Of a stretch of DNA of 64,000 nt, positions 12,650-25,292 are shown in pieces (position 1 is the stretch's first letter; each line of letters starts with the position of its first letter). The translations under genes were made by a program, and so were the position numbers. The notes below the pieces were generated by a model, which was not told the DNA's origin, made no database searches, and saw only the letters and a list, made by a program, of their open reading frames with translations. Source of the stretch: Haplodiscus bocki (taxonomy: Eukaryota); the NCBI GenBank assembly GCA_965655095.1, contig OZ296656.1, positions 82,894,001-82,958,000 of the forward strand, read 5' to 3'.

Positions 12650-13420
12650 ACTGAACTAGCTACGAAAATATTACAGCAAATAGCGTTTAATACAATACCT
12701 GAAAGAGAAGAGCATATGTTAATTGTTTTGAATGAATCTACTCATGATGAGTACTTATCTCAATCATTGCAAACTAATATTGAACAATTTAAAGAAGGTG
12801 TCACTTTTCTAACGGGTAATAACGAAAGATTTTATGTTACAAATTCAAATAAAAAATTGTATTTCGCAAAATCAAATACTGATAATGATGGTTTCTTCAA
12901 TTTGCTACTCCACCAAGGCCTTACGAAACCGAAAGATTGAATAATGAAATAAAGAAGATTAGCTTTGAAAAGATCATTTTACTGAAGCAGATTAACCGTC
13001 TACAATCCAACCAAATTTTTCAACAATTGCATCTAATATAGAAATTTCCAGAAAAGAACCATTAATTAGTTTTCTTCTTGATGATAGTATACAAGATCTT
13101 TCGGGTTTTTTTCCAGCATTCTATATGAAGAAAATAACATGTCACCTACTCCAGTCGACATATTATCGTTCGACAGAATTTTAGTTGAGGAAGGATTTTC
13201 AAAGGAAAATGAAGTGAAGTAATTCATCATTTTACTATGGATGTCGATCCTTTGTATAAATATAAAGAAAAATTTCGTGGCGGAGTACACTGGTAAAAGA
13301 AGGAGAGTAAAGGTTTTGTTTCAAATTTCAGTTTCAAATTAAATAAGGATAATGGTGGACTAGAATCATTCAATGGACAAAACATTGCTTTTCGTTTATC
13401 AATCAAGGAAATTCAATTTT
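12650..13420 (+). pseudogene. Minor capsid protein (penton, single jelly roll), disrupted
   Basis: TFLTGNNERFYVTNSNKKLYF at the N-terminus; PVDILSFDRILVE; C-terminal SFKLNKDNGGLESFNGQNIAFRLSIKE matches the penton xDxxGxxxxFNGxxxxFxL ending. Confidence 0.72.
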
Positions 13421-13578
13421 TTAACATAAGAAATGCCGAAGACCTTAATAAAACCGAAATTGCTTCCCAATTAAAATAAATTAAATTTAAACCTAAATTG
13501 AACAATACCAAAACAAAATTACCTGAAGATCTACAAATAATTAAACAAAAAATATTATCAGGTGATGGGTTTGTTGTA

Positions 13579-14858
13579 TGCAATTAGTATTTTTCTTCCG
13601 AATAAACGAGTTTTGAAAATTTCAAATTAATAGATAATGAACCAATGGATAATTCTATCATAAAAAGAAAGTTTTTGAAAAAATATCACCAACAAGGGGC
13701 AAATTTGAATAACCCAGATCAGAATATTGAATTCTTATTCGGAGAAAATAATAACTATCACCAAATAGATAACACCTATCTTCTTTATGATATAACAATA
13801 TGTAAAGCTGATAATACTAATTTTATCGAAGAAGCAATAAGGTTTGTATATAGTCCGTTTGTTTATACGTTTAAAGAGGCTCCATTAGCTACTACAGGTG
13901 CATCAGACTTGGAAAAAAATAAATACGTCGGCCAAATATCAACGATCATGATAATCATACTTAGTAAAGATGACGATTTATTATCTTGTTCTGCTATAAA
14001 TTAATGAAAATAATAAAAATAATACGTCTTTGAAACAAATACTAAATAACCATCATGATATTCATACTAATAAAGGTAAAATTAAAGGTCATTTATCACT
14101 TGAACATTATTTTGTTTTTCGCAGAACAGTTAAAAAACTTCTAATTATTTTAAATTTCACCTAAAATTCAAACAAGTCGATCTACAGGATATTATAATCA
14201 CAATATTAGCAGATAATATTAATATAACAATAAATAATTTCAAATTAGACGTTCCTCTTTTTAATCCAAGAGCTGAAACACAAGCTATGTTTTTTGACTC
14301 TATCACGAATAATTATACAATTTCATTTCATTCGTGGCATAGCGATAGAAAAGTGGTTAATGATGGATTAGAGTTTCAAGCTGATATAGGATCAGCTCAA
14401 AACATTAATAGTTTTAAACGTCTGATAGCAGCACATCAACTTTTAGCTGGGATAGGTATACCAAACAAAACGAATAGTGTAGAAAAGTTTGATACTCTCG
14501 ATTTTAGAAAATAGCATGTTGAAATAGATGGACAGACATACCTAAAAGATGCTGTTATTACAAACTATGCCAAAAATGATTATATGGATCAATACAGAGA
14601 TCCTGATTTATTTTATGAGGAATATGCGTGGGAGGAATTATTGAATTTCTCTATAAATTATTTTGATTGGAAAAGTTTTTATCCTATTCAAGTAATTGAT
14701 TTAAAACATCAAGAAGATCATAAAATCCTAAAAAGTTTCACTTTTTTGAGGAATACAGAATTGATCCTGGTAATGGTAGAACATTCGTTTTAATTAGACA
14801 TAGGCAAGTTGCAATGATATCAGATGGAAATAGAATTGCAGAATAAAAAGGTATATAA
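13579..14858 (+). pseudogene. Major capsid protein (hexon, double jelly roll), disrupted
   Basis: ORF pieces 13645-14004 (DNSIIK...NIEFLFGENNNYHQIDNTYLLYDITI...FKEA), 14287-14514 and 14584-14793 (FYPIQVIDL). Size about 420 codons, positioned between penton and protease. Confidence 0.78.
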
Positions 14859-14875
14859 ACAAATTGACAATACTT

Positions 14876-15262
14876 ATGTTAAAAGATTTCATGAGAAAAT
14901 ATAATTTAAAAAATGATACTATGAACGAAAGTGAATTGTAAAGAGTTTATAATTATCCTATTTACCGCAAGGGTTTGAGTATATATTCAGATAAAGGATT
15001 CGTAAATATCGATAAAGAATCTCAAGGAGTTACTCACTTTACCTATTTATGTGTAAAATATAATAAATCATTCTATATTGATAGTTTGGGTTCACAGGCG
15101 GATAACTGTTTAATTAAACAATTGCCAAAACCAATTACTTATCAGAAGTATAAAAATTAAGATATAGATAGTAGACCATCTGGATCTTATTGTCTATATT
15201 GTTTTTATCTGATAGAAAGAATGGATTATTATGGTGCTATTGTAAGAATGTATTTGCGTTAA
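14876..15262 (+). pseudogene. Adenain-like (C5/Ulp1-fold) maturation cysteine protease, disrupted
   Basis: GFVNID...GVTHF (catalytic His), YIDSLG (Asp), N*DIDSRPSGSYCL (oxyanion Gln now a stop, catalytic Cys now Ser). Confidence 0.8.
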
Positions 15263-15266
15263 ATAA

Positions 15267-16683
15267 ATGAAGATAAAAATATTTGTTAAAATTTCTTCTT
15301 CACATATTAATGAAAATAAGATTGATAGATCACTCTTTGTACAAGAACCTTTTTTAAGAATTACTTACGTCGAATCTATTTTTGAAGAAGACATTGACAT
15401 GAAAAATGAAATGAAAATTTACTTTTTTTCTGTAGAAAAAACAGATGCTGTTTGTAAATTTCATGCTGATGGTTTGGAGGTTCTAAGTATAGTTAGAGAC
15501 ACTGCACAATGATAAAAGTCTTGACATTGTTCGATTTGTTAAAGTAAACCCTAGCGATATCTCAACATTAAATTCCTAAGCAGTATGTGGATAATTCCAT
15601 AGATGAAGTTACATCAGTGAGAATTTATTGAAATGGTGACTTTGAGAATAATACATTGCTTAATATATGGAGTATAATTCTAAGTTCTGATCCAAGTAAG
15701 TATAATCACGCTGCAAGAAAAAACTATGTTGATAACACTATAGACAAATCATCATTGTTAAGAGTAGATCCTGATCAAAAAATAAAACTAGATGAACAAG
15801 ATTCTAATAATTCTAATTCTACTTTAACATCACCGGAGACGATAAAAAAACACCTACCAAATCATATGTTCATAGGTTACATGAAAATACTAGAAGTATA
15901 CGAGATATAACGACAGTATCTAACGATCAAGATAATGAATTTGATTAAAATATTTCAAAAAATTTAGATAGTTTTACAGTTAATAGAAATCCCAGTTCAG
16001 ATAACGGAGTCTCAACCAAAAAGTATGTTGATGACTCAAAAGGAGAAGGTGCATTAGTTAGGTTTAATCAAACTCTACAAAACAATATCAAAGTTTCCGT
16101 CAGGAACGATGTTTATTCTCTTCCTAAATATGACAAAATACAAATTACACAGACAACAACAAATAAATATCCTAACAGTGATGGATGTCTCTTACCAGAA
16201 TGGACTATAAAATGTAATGGTAAAAACAAAAATTGCAAAATACAAAGCTTTATAAAATCAACAAAAAGATCCAGTCCAACAAGTTATTCGGGAGCAACGA
16301 GTTTACCTGCTATAGGAGATTCATTCATGTATATAGAAACAAGTCAAAATAGTTCGGGTAGTGAAAAGATTTTTGTTTCCTTTGAACGAACAGATAATAT
16401 ACAAATTACCAATATCACATTCTATTATAACAGATTTTCAATTTTAAATAATAACTCATTGAAATTGATGAGTTGTTTCGGAAATCAACTTCTATTGAAA
16501 GATTACACATGGAACACGAAATTTATTATCTCGAAAATTAGTGATTCGTCAACAAATTGGACCTTAGCTGCTTTAAATTTTGCAGTAGAAAACTATGGCA
16601 TCAAATTAATTTACAATCAACTCGATACACCACATGCAGGTATGTCTTATAGTAATATGACAAAAACGCATTCTTCATACTAG
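15267..16683 (+). pseudogene. Putative fibre/receptor-binding protein with xxKxYVD repeats, disrupted
   Basis: Repeats HAARKNYVDN, VSTKKYVDD and degenerate AVCKFHAD, followed by a beta-rich C-terminal domain (ORF 16327-16683). Confidence 0.5.
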
Positions 16684-17144
16684 ATGGATCATATATTTTA
16701 TTTTAGAGATTTGTTCGAATCAATTCCAGATTATAAGAAAAAGTGTTAAAAATGTTCTTACTTAAAAACGATGTTTGTTTACTAACTGGATGTGGATTTT
16801 TAAACAATGATAATAATCGCCTTTGTTTAGAATTAAAAAGATATTACTGGAGCACAAGGAAGATTATTTGGATAACATAAAGAATGATGGAGAACCTATT
16901 ATCGAAAAGATTTTAAATAAATGATTGGAACAAAAGTTTGCTACAATGGTTGAAGATATTAGACATGAACGATACCTAATTTTATTACTATCATTAACAG
17001 ATCCAGATAACTAAAAAATAGCAAAGTTACTGATCCTGAGATAAACAATATAAAAAAACTTGCTGCAGAAAGACTATATAAACAGCGAATGTTGAAAGAA
17101 CATGCAGCCTTACAGTTAATGGAATAGTATTTTCTGTTGATTAA

Positions 17145-17760
17145 ATGAGGGTTAATCAAAATCTGAATAGCGGTCCAAAATAAATAAGTTAAAACAAAAG
17201 ACGACGAGATCAGAGAATTAAAAAATAGAATGGAGAAACACGATTACGAAAATACTTTAAAGTATCTTAAAGTTCATAGTGAATATTACAAAAGGAACTA
17301 TAGGAGCTTAAATAAAAAAAATTTACGATCGTTTCAGAAAAATTGATTGGCACTGTTGGATTAGGAGTTGGATCCGCTTTGACTGTATCAGGATTAGCTC
17401 CTGTCGGAATTGTGTGTGCTAGTAGTATTTCATTCTTATCCAGCATCAGTACATTGATTACAAATGAAATATTTTAAAATTAAAAACACCATTTACTAAA
17501 TAAAGAGATTGGATTATTGTTATTACTTTAATAAATGAGAAAACAATGAAACAATCTAAGGTTGAACAAAAAAAATTGATGAGAAAGAAACATTGTAATT
17601 AAGTAGGCTTTAAAGTCATAATTTAGATAAAAAGAAAAAGATTATGCAAAATACTCAATTTAGAAACGAAGATATTTTTGGTGAAATAGTAAGTAAAGAA
17701 CCTATTTCATCAGAACACATTACTAAACCCAAACAAACTTTAGCCAAAAAGACCTAAATA
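17145..17760 (+). pseudogene. Coiled-coil plus two-transmembrane-helix viral protein, disrupted
   Basis: KTKDDEIRELKNRMEKHDYENTLK coiled coil followed by LIGTVGLGVGSALTVSGLAPVGIVCASSISFLSSISTLITNE. Confidence 0.55.
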
Positions 17761-17869
17761 CTAAATTTTGTTTAACTATAATTTTATTTAAACCTAGAAA
17801 GGAAAAAATTAAAAAATATGACCCAAGTTCTCCTCCCGAAGATTCAACTTTTTAGTAAATAAAAGAGCT

Positions 17870-18600
17870 CCGAACGAACTTATTGTGTGGGAGGAGGTCA
17901 TTTGAGTAGTACATACAACGTAGTAAGATATTAGAAGAACAACCCTAAAACATGAAAAACTGTTAAAGTCAGAAAAAGAAAGTGTGAATAATCTGGACGG
18001 AACGAATCACAAAAATTTACTAAGTAAATGACACGAGAAGGAGATTTCATTAGGAAAGGGAAATGTAAAAGTAAACACTGTTCACTAAGGTCACATGCAG
18101 CATGGTGTGTTTTAAATAGTAAGGTTGATACGATTATTCTGGACGGAACGAATCACAAAAATTTACTAAGTAAATGACACGAGAACGAGATTTCATTAGG
18201 AAAGGAAAATGTAAAAATAAACACTGTTCACTAATGTCAAATGCAGCATGGTGTGATTTAAATAGTAAGGGTGATACAATTATATTACAAGATATTTGTC
18301 GTAATCAGAGACGTAAAATTCAAAAGCAAAGTACGTTTATCCAGGACATTTTCAAACGGAAGGAAGATCAATTCAAGATAAACTATAATTAGTTTTCCGA
18401 GGAACAGAAGCTGCTTGGTGTAAATCTCTAAAAACAGCATTTAATACAACAACTCCCGTTATTGGAAAGGCCGTGGCTGCAAAATCAAAGAATGCTGCGG
18501 CTGGAGGAACTGTTACAAAAAATTTAAAATCATTAACGGGGGACGGGTCTTAAATTTGACAGACGTTCATGATTACGAATTGAGATTGAGAAGAATGTAT
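17870..18600 (+). pseudogene. Small Cys-rich protein (YCVGG) plus Cys-rich protein with amphipathic Gly/Ala/Lys tail, disrupted
   Basis: RTYCVGGGHLSST...; MTRERDFIRKGKCKNKHCSLMSNAAWCDL; tail FRGTEAAWCKSLKTAFNTTTPVIGKAVAAKSKNAAAGGTVTKNLKSLTG. Confidence 0.5.
17992..18283 (+). repeat. Tandem duplication, 2 x 146 bp
   Basis: 17992-18137 and 18138-18283 differ at 8 positions by manual alignment. Confidence 0.95.
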
Positions 18601-18629
18601 TTTTGTTTCAATAAATCTTTTATAACAAA

Positions 18630-19200
18630 ATGAGTGCTAGCAAAAAAAATTATTTGATTATTAATTGGATAAAATTGTAAAAAAAATAGAAATACACAAT
18701 TGAAATTGACTTTTTAGAAAGATAATACAAAAAATGATGGAGTTCAAAGCCAATGGATAACCTGTGCTAAACAATATCATAGAGATGATAGGGAAGAAAA
18801 TTTGCTTGATAGAAAAACAAAAGAAAAAGATATGAGCTTCAGTTTGATTTGTAATATAAGAAAACGGACAAATCAATTATTCAAATCTCAAAATATTAGG
18901 AAAACAAAGAGATCATATAGTTTACTTGGATGTTCTAGTCCTTTTTTCAAGGAATGGATACTCTATCACCTATATGGTGATATTAGTGTAGAAAACTAAG
19001 GTTTCGTTTGGACAATCTATCACTGTTATCTTCCTCCTAAAACTGACCTATACAATGAAAAGGAGATGTACAAAACAACCAATTGGATTATTATAAGGCC
19101 TTTGTTTGCTAGTGAAAAAAGTCAGAAGGATCTAAAGTTAACCATATTCTATATCTACTGCAAGAGATTAGAGCTAGGTGTTTTTTTTAAGATTGAACGC
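18630..19200 (+). pseudogene. HNH/endonuclease VII-like nuclease of the type found in large DNA viruses, disrupted
   Basis: LICNIRKRT...SYSLLGCS..FFKEWI...GDISVEN*G.VWTIYHC...TNWIIIRPL..SE matches the LLGC...ENYG..WxIDH...NWxNLxPL...EN pattern. Confidence 0.65.
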
Positions 19201-20062
19201 CCATGGAGGATAATGTTAGATCATTCAATTTTGAGATATATTCCAAATCACCTGAAAACAATAAAAACAATTATCCAACTGTTCAATTAACATATAATCA
19301 GGTCGATGAAAAATGGAGCTTCTTTTGAGAGGGTTTTCCAGTTTATAAAACAACGAACAATAGCGTGTTTAGGTATATATTCATCAAAATCGATAGTTTC
19401 TCAAAATATACAAGGACTTTTCCTTTAAAAAAGAAAAACGTTCAAACAGCCACAAAAGAATTTTCGATTATTCTAACAACAATCAAATACTCTCCTGTTA
19501 AATTAAAATCTAAACGAGAAACAGAATTTTATAAATCTTTTTTCCAAAACTTCTTGAAAATTAAAAATATACAACACTTTTCGAGATTCACAGATAAAGG
19601 TCCTCAATAAGAGAACGAATAGTTAGAACTGTACGTAATTTGTTAAAGAAATTAGTTTTTTTTGGCCGGAAGAGCTTCTTGGATATCTGAAATTCCATCT
19701 GTCAATAATAATATAATTTTACCATACACTATTCAACCAAAATGACTCCAATCGATGGATCTAAACAATTTTACGAAAAAGTAGTATTTTTCAAACTCCA
19801 AGACAAAAGAAGGAAACAAAAACCAAAACTTAGATTGATAGATATGGTTAGAACATCTGATATTAGATCAGTTTTCAGCAAAACAGATAGTACAAACTAC
19901 AGCTATGAGCTTTATGCAATAACCGAAATCATACACCACACTACCTTTAAGTATCGAGTCAACTATTTACCCGAGAGACACAACGAGAATCTATTAAGAT
20001 CAACAAATTTAACCCTTGATGAAAACAATCAAATTGTAAAAAAACTAAATTTAATTCAATGA
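19200..20062 (+). pseudogene. Retroviral-type (rve) integrase of element 1, disrupted
   Basis: FRYIFIKIDSFSKY...PLKKK...PVKLKSKRETEFY (from xxSDxGxEF); ERIVRTVRNLL; MTP; VFSKTDSTNYSYELYAITEI. Confidence 0.88.
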
Positions 20063-20077
20063 AAAGACAGATAATAA

Positions 20078-20560
20078 ATGGAATTAACTGAAGATGAAAT
20101 TCTTCAAAAAGATGCAAAACTATGCAATCACTGTATGAGTAATACTCTTCTCTCATATGGATAAAAATTTACTTGTATCGCCTGTGGATATAACGTAATT
20201 GAACGAAAAAACGAACTTTGTAAAGTTTCACGGAAAAAACTAAATTTTGGTTAACAGAATAAAATAAACTCAACACAAAAATTTTCGAATTTGTGTAGAC
20301 GTTTATAAAACAATTCAAGGTGAGTTTTGCAATAAAAATTTTGAAGTATTATCAAAGTTAAAAATAAAAAACCAAAAACTAAGAAAATGTTAATTGAAAA
20401 ATATGCAAATATGAAAGATTATCCAATTTTTGAAAAAAAAACAACCATTCAAGAACTTCAAAAGCTAATAACAAATTAGCTTATGATAGTTTCAGAAAAC
20501 TGAAAATGATGGCATAATATTATCATTCTTATGCAAACATAAATTATTTTGATTTGATGG
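20078..20560 (+). pseudogene. C4 zinc-ribbon protein, disrupted
   Basis: MELTEDEILQKDAKLCNHCMSNTLLSYG*KFTCIACGYNV (CxxC-x13-CxxC). Confidence 0.5.
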
Positions 20561-21591
20561 CATCTGTTTTGAGTTTTCTAAATGAAATATCCTAATAATG
20601 GATATTATGTGGAAGGAAATGATAAATGATCTTAATTCATCCAAATGAAAAAATAATATTACGAGAATGAGATCCACCAAAATCTTTGGAACTCAAAATC
20701 AAGTACAAATATAAACAAAAATTATTAAATATCAAAAGTTAACAAAAACGATATTTATGTGTTAGAAGTTAAACCTTGTCTTAAAAAAAACCAACAATGG
20801 AAAAACCAAAAAATGTTCCTTTCTTGTACAGGTTTAAAACAAAAAAATTAGATGGAAGTCACCCATGGTTACTATTACTATTGAATGTGAGTTTTTTACT
20901 CATAAACAAAAACACCAGATAGATAAAAAAATACCTAGAAAAGATAAGAATTTTTCAACGAGATTAACTTATGCTATTAAAAAGATGAAAAAACATCCTA
21001 TTGTATGGTTAATACTAAAAATATCACGACGGAAGGTAAGATTAGTAAATTACAAAGTTAAAGGTAAACCAAAATTCAAATTTACCAAAATATAAGTAAA
21101 TATTATGATGAAATTAAAAATCAAGGGCAAAATGCTTGTTTTCAATTTGAAGAAGATCCTTTCAAAAAAAAGGTAAAAAAAAGTAAAATAATTCATGAAG
21201 TATTACCATTATTGAAAATTTCACAGACAAAATCCAAAGTTAGGAGCATGAGAACAATTCAGTATAATTTGTACTATACAGCTATTAAAAACAAAGGTGA
21301 AAAAGAAGTAGAAGATGATGAGAATACAATTGATATCTATTATTATTTCTATATGATTTTTGAGTGCAGAAAATTAAGAGCTCAGATACTTTCTTTTAAG
21401 CTCTTTATCCCATATTAATGGGGACGCAAAATAATAATAGACGCAATTTACATTTCCATGTTAGATTAAACAAAAATATTAAATGCTACAAAAAGATTGA
21501 AATATAATAAAGCTGATAGAGGAAACGTAAGAAATTTTTTTTATAGAAAAAATAAAATTAAAATATAAAGACAATCCTACTAAAATGAGAA

Positions 21592-24500
21592 ATGGAAAAG
21601 ATGTTTAGAATTTTTTATTTTAGGAAAGATATAGTTACTAAGGAAATAATTAAGAACTGTAGATGTGATATTTATATTATTGATTTTCATAAAGCATCAT
21701 TTGCTAAACACATAAGAAGCAAAAGCCATTTGGAAAATATAAAAAAAAACGCAATGATTACACTAGAATGGTTGTTTCATGAAATTTTTGACTATAAACC
21801 TGAGATAAATTCTAATCCCAAGCCTTTACGAGAAATAGCAAGCGATAATATTTAAATAGATGATAAGCAATTAAACAAATTATTGGCCGAAAATATGAAT
21901 AATCCATATTACTTCACTGATAGAGCATCACAAGGTAGAATTAATTTTACTCTGGCAAGCCATCATAATAATCACACGAATTCTAATTTAACTTATTAAC
22001 CAAATTATTCAGAAAATGGAACTGAAATCAGAGATATCAAAAAAGTATTAAAAGAAATGGCTACTATTTATGCTAGAATAATAAATCAATAAGAATTTAA
22101 ATATCAAACAGTGTTTTCAGCAAAATTTGATAAACAAGATGAAGATAGACAGATGTTTGATGAAATTGAATTGTATTTAAACTTAAATTATAATCATAAT
22201 TAAACAGAAAGAGATAATAATAATATTAATGATAATAAGTCTCCATTAGAAAGTCAAATTCAAAATCAAGAGAAGAAATATTCTTGATGTAGATGTGATA
22301 AGAATAATTCAATGACAGTATTTTTTTTTATAAAACTACTGAAATCAATCGTTCAAGTGAAATTAAAATTCCGTTGAGAAGTTCTGCTATCCTGAATATT
22401 GGAAATGATGATAAATAATGTTTCCCTTGGTCGATAATAGCAAGTCTTCATACTTGTGAAAAAAATCATCCCAACAGAGTATCAAATTATAGAGAATAAC
22501 TTTGAACATTCAAGATTTTATTTTTTTAATTAGATTTAAATGGAGTGATAATCATTTCTTCGAAAAAGTAAGTAGTTTATCCTTATTTTTATTTGAAGTA
22601 AGTTTTTATCAAGATCAAAACAAATGGAAGCATAAATTAATACCTATTGAAAGTAGTAAAAAATAGTTCAAATACAATTTATGACTTACTGATATTAAAA
22701 AGTCCTTATGTTCTCAATAAAAATTGACGTGCATTTTATGTTATCAAATTTCTGAATTTGTTTGTAGAAGATGTTTGAGTTCTTATACAAGTCAGAATGT
22801 ATTAGTGAAAAATAAAATATGATGTTAGCAACAAGAAACGACAAGTATTAGAACTTCACATGAATCTCATTCACATTGGAGAAATAACTTTCATAAGAAT
22901 CCATTTCATTTTCGGATATATGCCGATTTTGAAACTGATAAAGAAATTGATAGTTCTAGTATAGGTAAGGAAAAACTATTGTTTTTAGGCAAAATCCTAT
23001 ATGTGATGGATTTTAAATAGTATCTGTTATAAATGATTTTCCACAAACTGGTTACTATGAATCTCATCTAGGATATGATAATGTAGATTGTTTTCTTGAG
23101 GAAGCAATAAAAATAGAAAAAAAAATGGTTTTCTATTTTAAAACCACTAAAAAAGACATAATAGAGAGTGAAAAATATGAAAAACAACGTAGGGATGAAA
23201 ACAATTGCCGATTTTGGAGTGAACAAATATTTTCTGATAACGTTAGTGATCATTGTCATCTCACTGGTAATTATAGAGATCCCACTCAACAAAACGTAAT
23301 TCTAATGTCATACAGAAACAAAGTAATTTTTTACCATTTGCAATCCTCAATTTCAGTAAATAAGATTATCATCTATTTTTCAAGAAGCTGGATGATAAAA
23401 ATAATGATAAAGTGAAATTTGATTTTACACCTAAAACAAACGAAGATTATTTATCAGTAAAATATCGGTGCTTAAGTTTTAGTGATAGTTACAGATTTTA
23501 ATGAAACAGTTTAGATTCATTAGTTAAAACATTCGATAATAATGATTTGGAAATTTTGAAAAAAAATTCCAGATAAATGGTTGTATCTCAAGAAAAATTA
23601 TATTATCCGTTTGAATATTTCAATAGTATCGATGTTTATCAAGAGCCGGTTAATAGTTTGAAAACGGAAAAAATCTTCAGTAAAATAAAAAATAATTATC
23701 CAAATGATAGTGAAATAGAAGGAACAAAAGAAATGATTAAATTATTTAATAATAGAAACGGAGCTGAATTGACTAAGTTTTACTTAAAAAGAGATGCTAT
23801 TTAGCTGATGTCTTTGAAGAATTTATGAAAGCATCTATAAAGGAACTTGATATCAATCCTCTATATTGCGTGGGTCTATTAGGTTATACTTGGCAAAGTG
23901 GATTGAAATTTATTAATTTCAGCTTACAAACACTTCAAGACAAAGAATTGATTTTATCCCTGGAGAATAATATTCGAGGTGGAGTTTCGTCAGTAAAGGG
24001 TGATAGATATATAAAATCAGTTGAGAATAAAAAAGGTTTGTATATTGATGCTATTAATTTATATGGTTGGGCTATGAGTGAATCTCTACCACACAATGAA
24101 ATTGAAACGTGGAAAGGCCATCCTGATTGTTAAATGGACAAGTTAAAAAAATTCAAATACTCCAGATGATTCAGATATAGGTTATTTCGTTGAAGTTGAA
24201 CTGAAATATACAGATGTAAACAAGGAAAAAACAAAAACTCTTGCATTTTGTCCTGAGAATAAAGTTAGTTCTCAAAATAAATTTACTAAACATTTGAAAG
24301 ACACAAAATTTGATAATTATAGTCAAAATATGAAAATATTATGTGATTGGACAGATAAATGGAAATATTTGCTTCATTATAGGATGATAAAAATTATGTG
24401 AATCATAGCATGATAGTTGAAAAAATTCATGGGATAATTTCATTTAGGCAAAACAAATGGTGGGAAAAATATAAAAAGATTTAATACAAAAAAAATTTCA

Positions 24501-25292
24501 AGCAAAAACTCATTTTAAAAAGAATTTGTACAAATTACTCAATAATGCAGTCTTTGGAGAAACGATGGATAATATTCGTAATCGGGTGAAAGTAGAGTTT
24601 ATTAAAAGAAATCATATTGAAAAAATTATTAAACAGCAATCAAAATTAAGCTTCAATGGAATACATAAGTCCTACACAAATTATTGTAGTTACACATTTA
24701 AGCAAAATGAAGAACTTATGAATCAGCCAATTTACTTAGGATTCCCAGTATTAGAATTAAGTAAATTATTGATGTATGAAGCAATTTATGATAAATTGCA
24801 AACCTGTTTTGGAGACAAAAATATAAAATTATATTATATGGAAAATGATAGTTTCATATTGAATGTGATTACAAAAGCTATTATTGAAAACTTAAAAAAG
24901 CTTGATGATTTATTTGATTTTAGCAATTTGAGTGAAAATCTTTATCTATTTTTTAATAAAAAGAACAAAGAGTTTGGAAAATTCAAAGTAGAAACTCCTA
25001 AAAATGTTTAGATTGATGAATCTATTTGTCTGAGAAGTTAAATGTATGCATTTAAATGTGGAATTGATCAAAAAATAAATTGAAAGTTTTTTGTAAATCT
25101 CCCTCGAAAATAGTAATTTTGAGGAACATATAAAATGTTCAGATGGACGTGATTATCAAAAAGAATGTGATAATTATATTTTTCGTTCACTAAACCATGA
25201 AATGTATCCTCAAAATACTAACATCTACACTATCTCCATTTGATGAAAAACGGTGTTAAATGAAAAATATTGAAAGTAAACCTTGGAAATAA
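21592..25292 (+). pseudogene. polB: Protein-primed family B DNA polymerase (pPolB) with EndoVII-like insertion, heavily disrupted
   Basis: N-terminal Zn finger and AILNIGNDDK*CFPWSIIA; ExoI IYADFE; DHCHLTGNYR insertion; YPFEYF; NIRGGVS; motif A LYIDAINLYGWAMSESLP; motif B YKLLNNAVFG; motif C YYMENDSF; GKFKVE; terminal DEKR. Confidence 0.93.
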
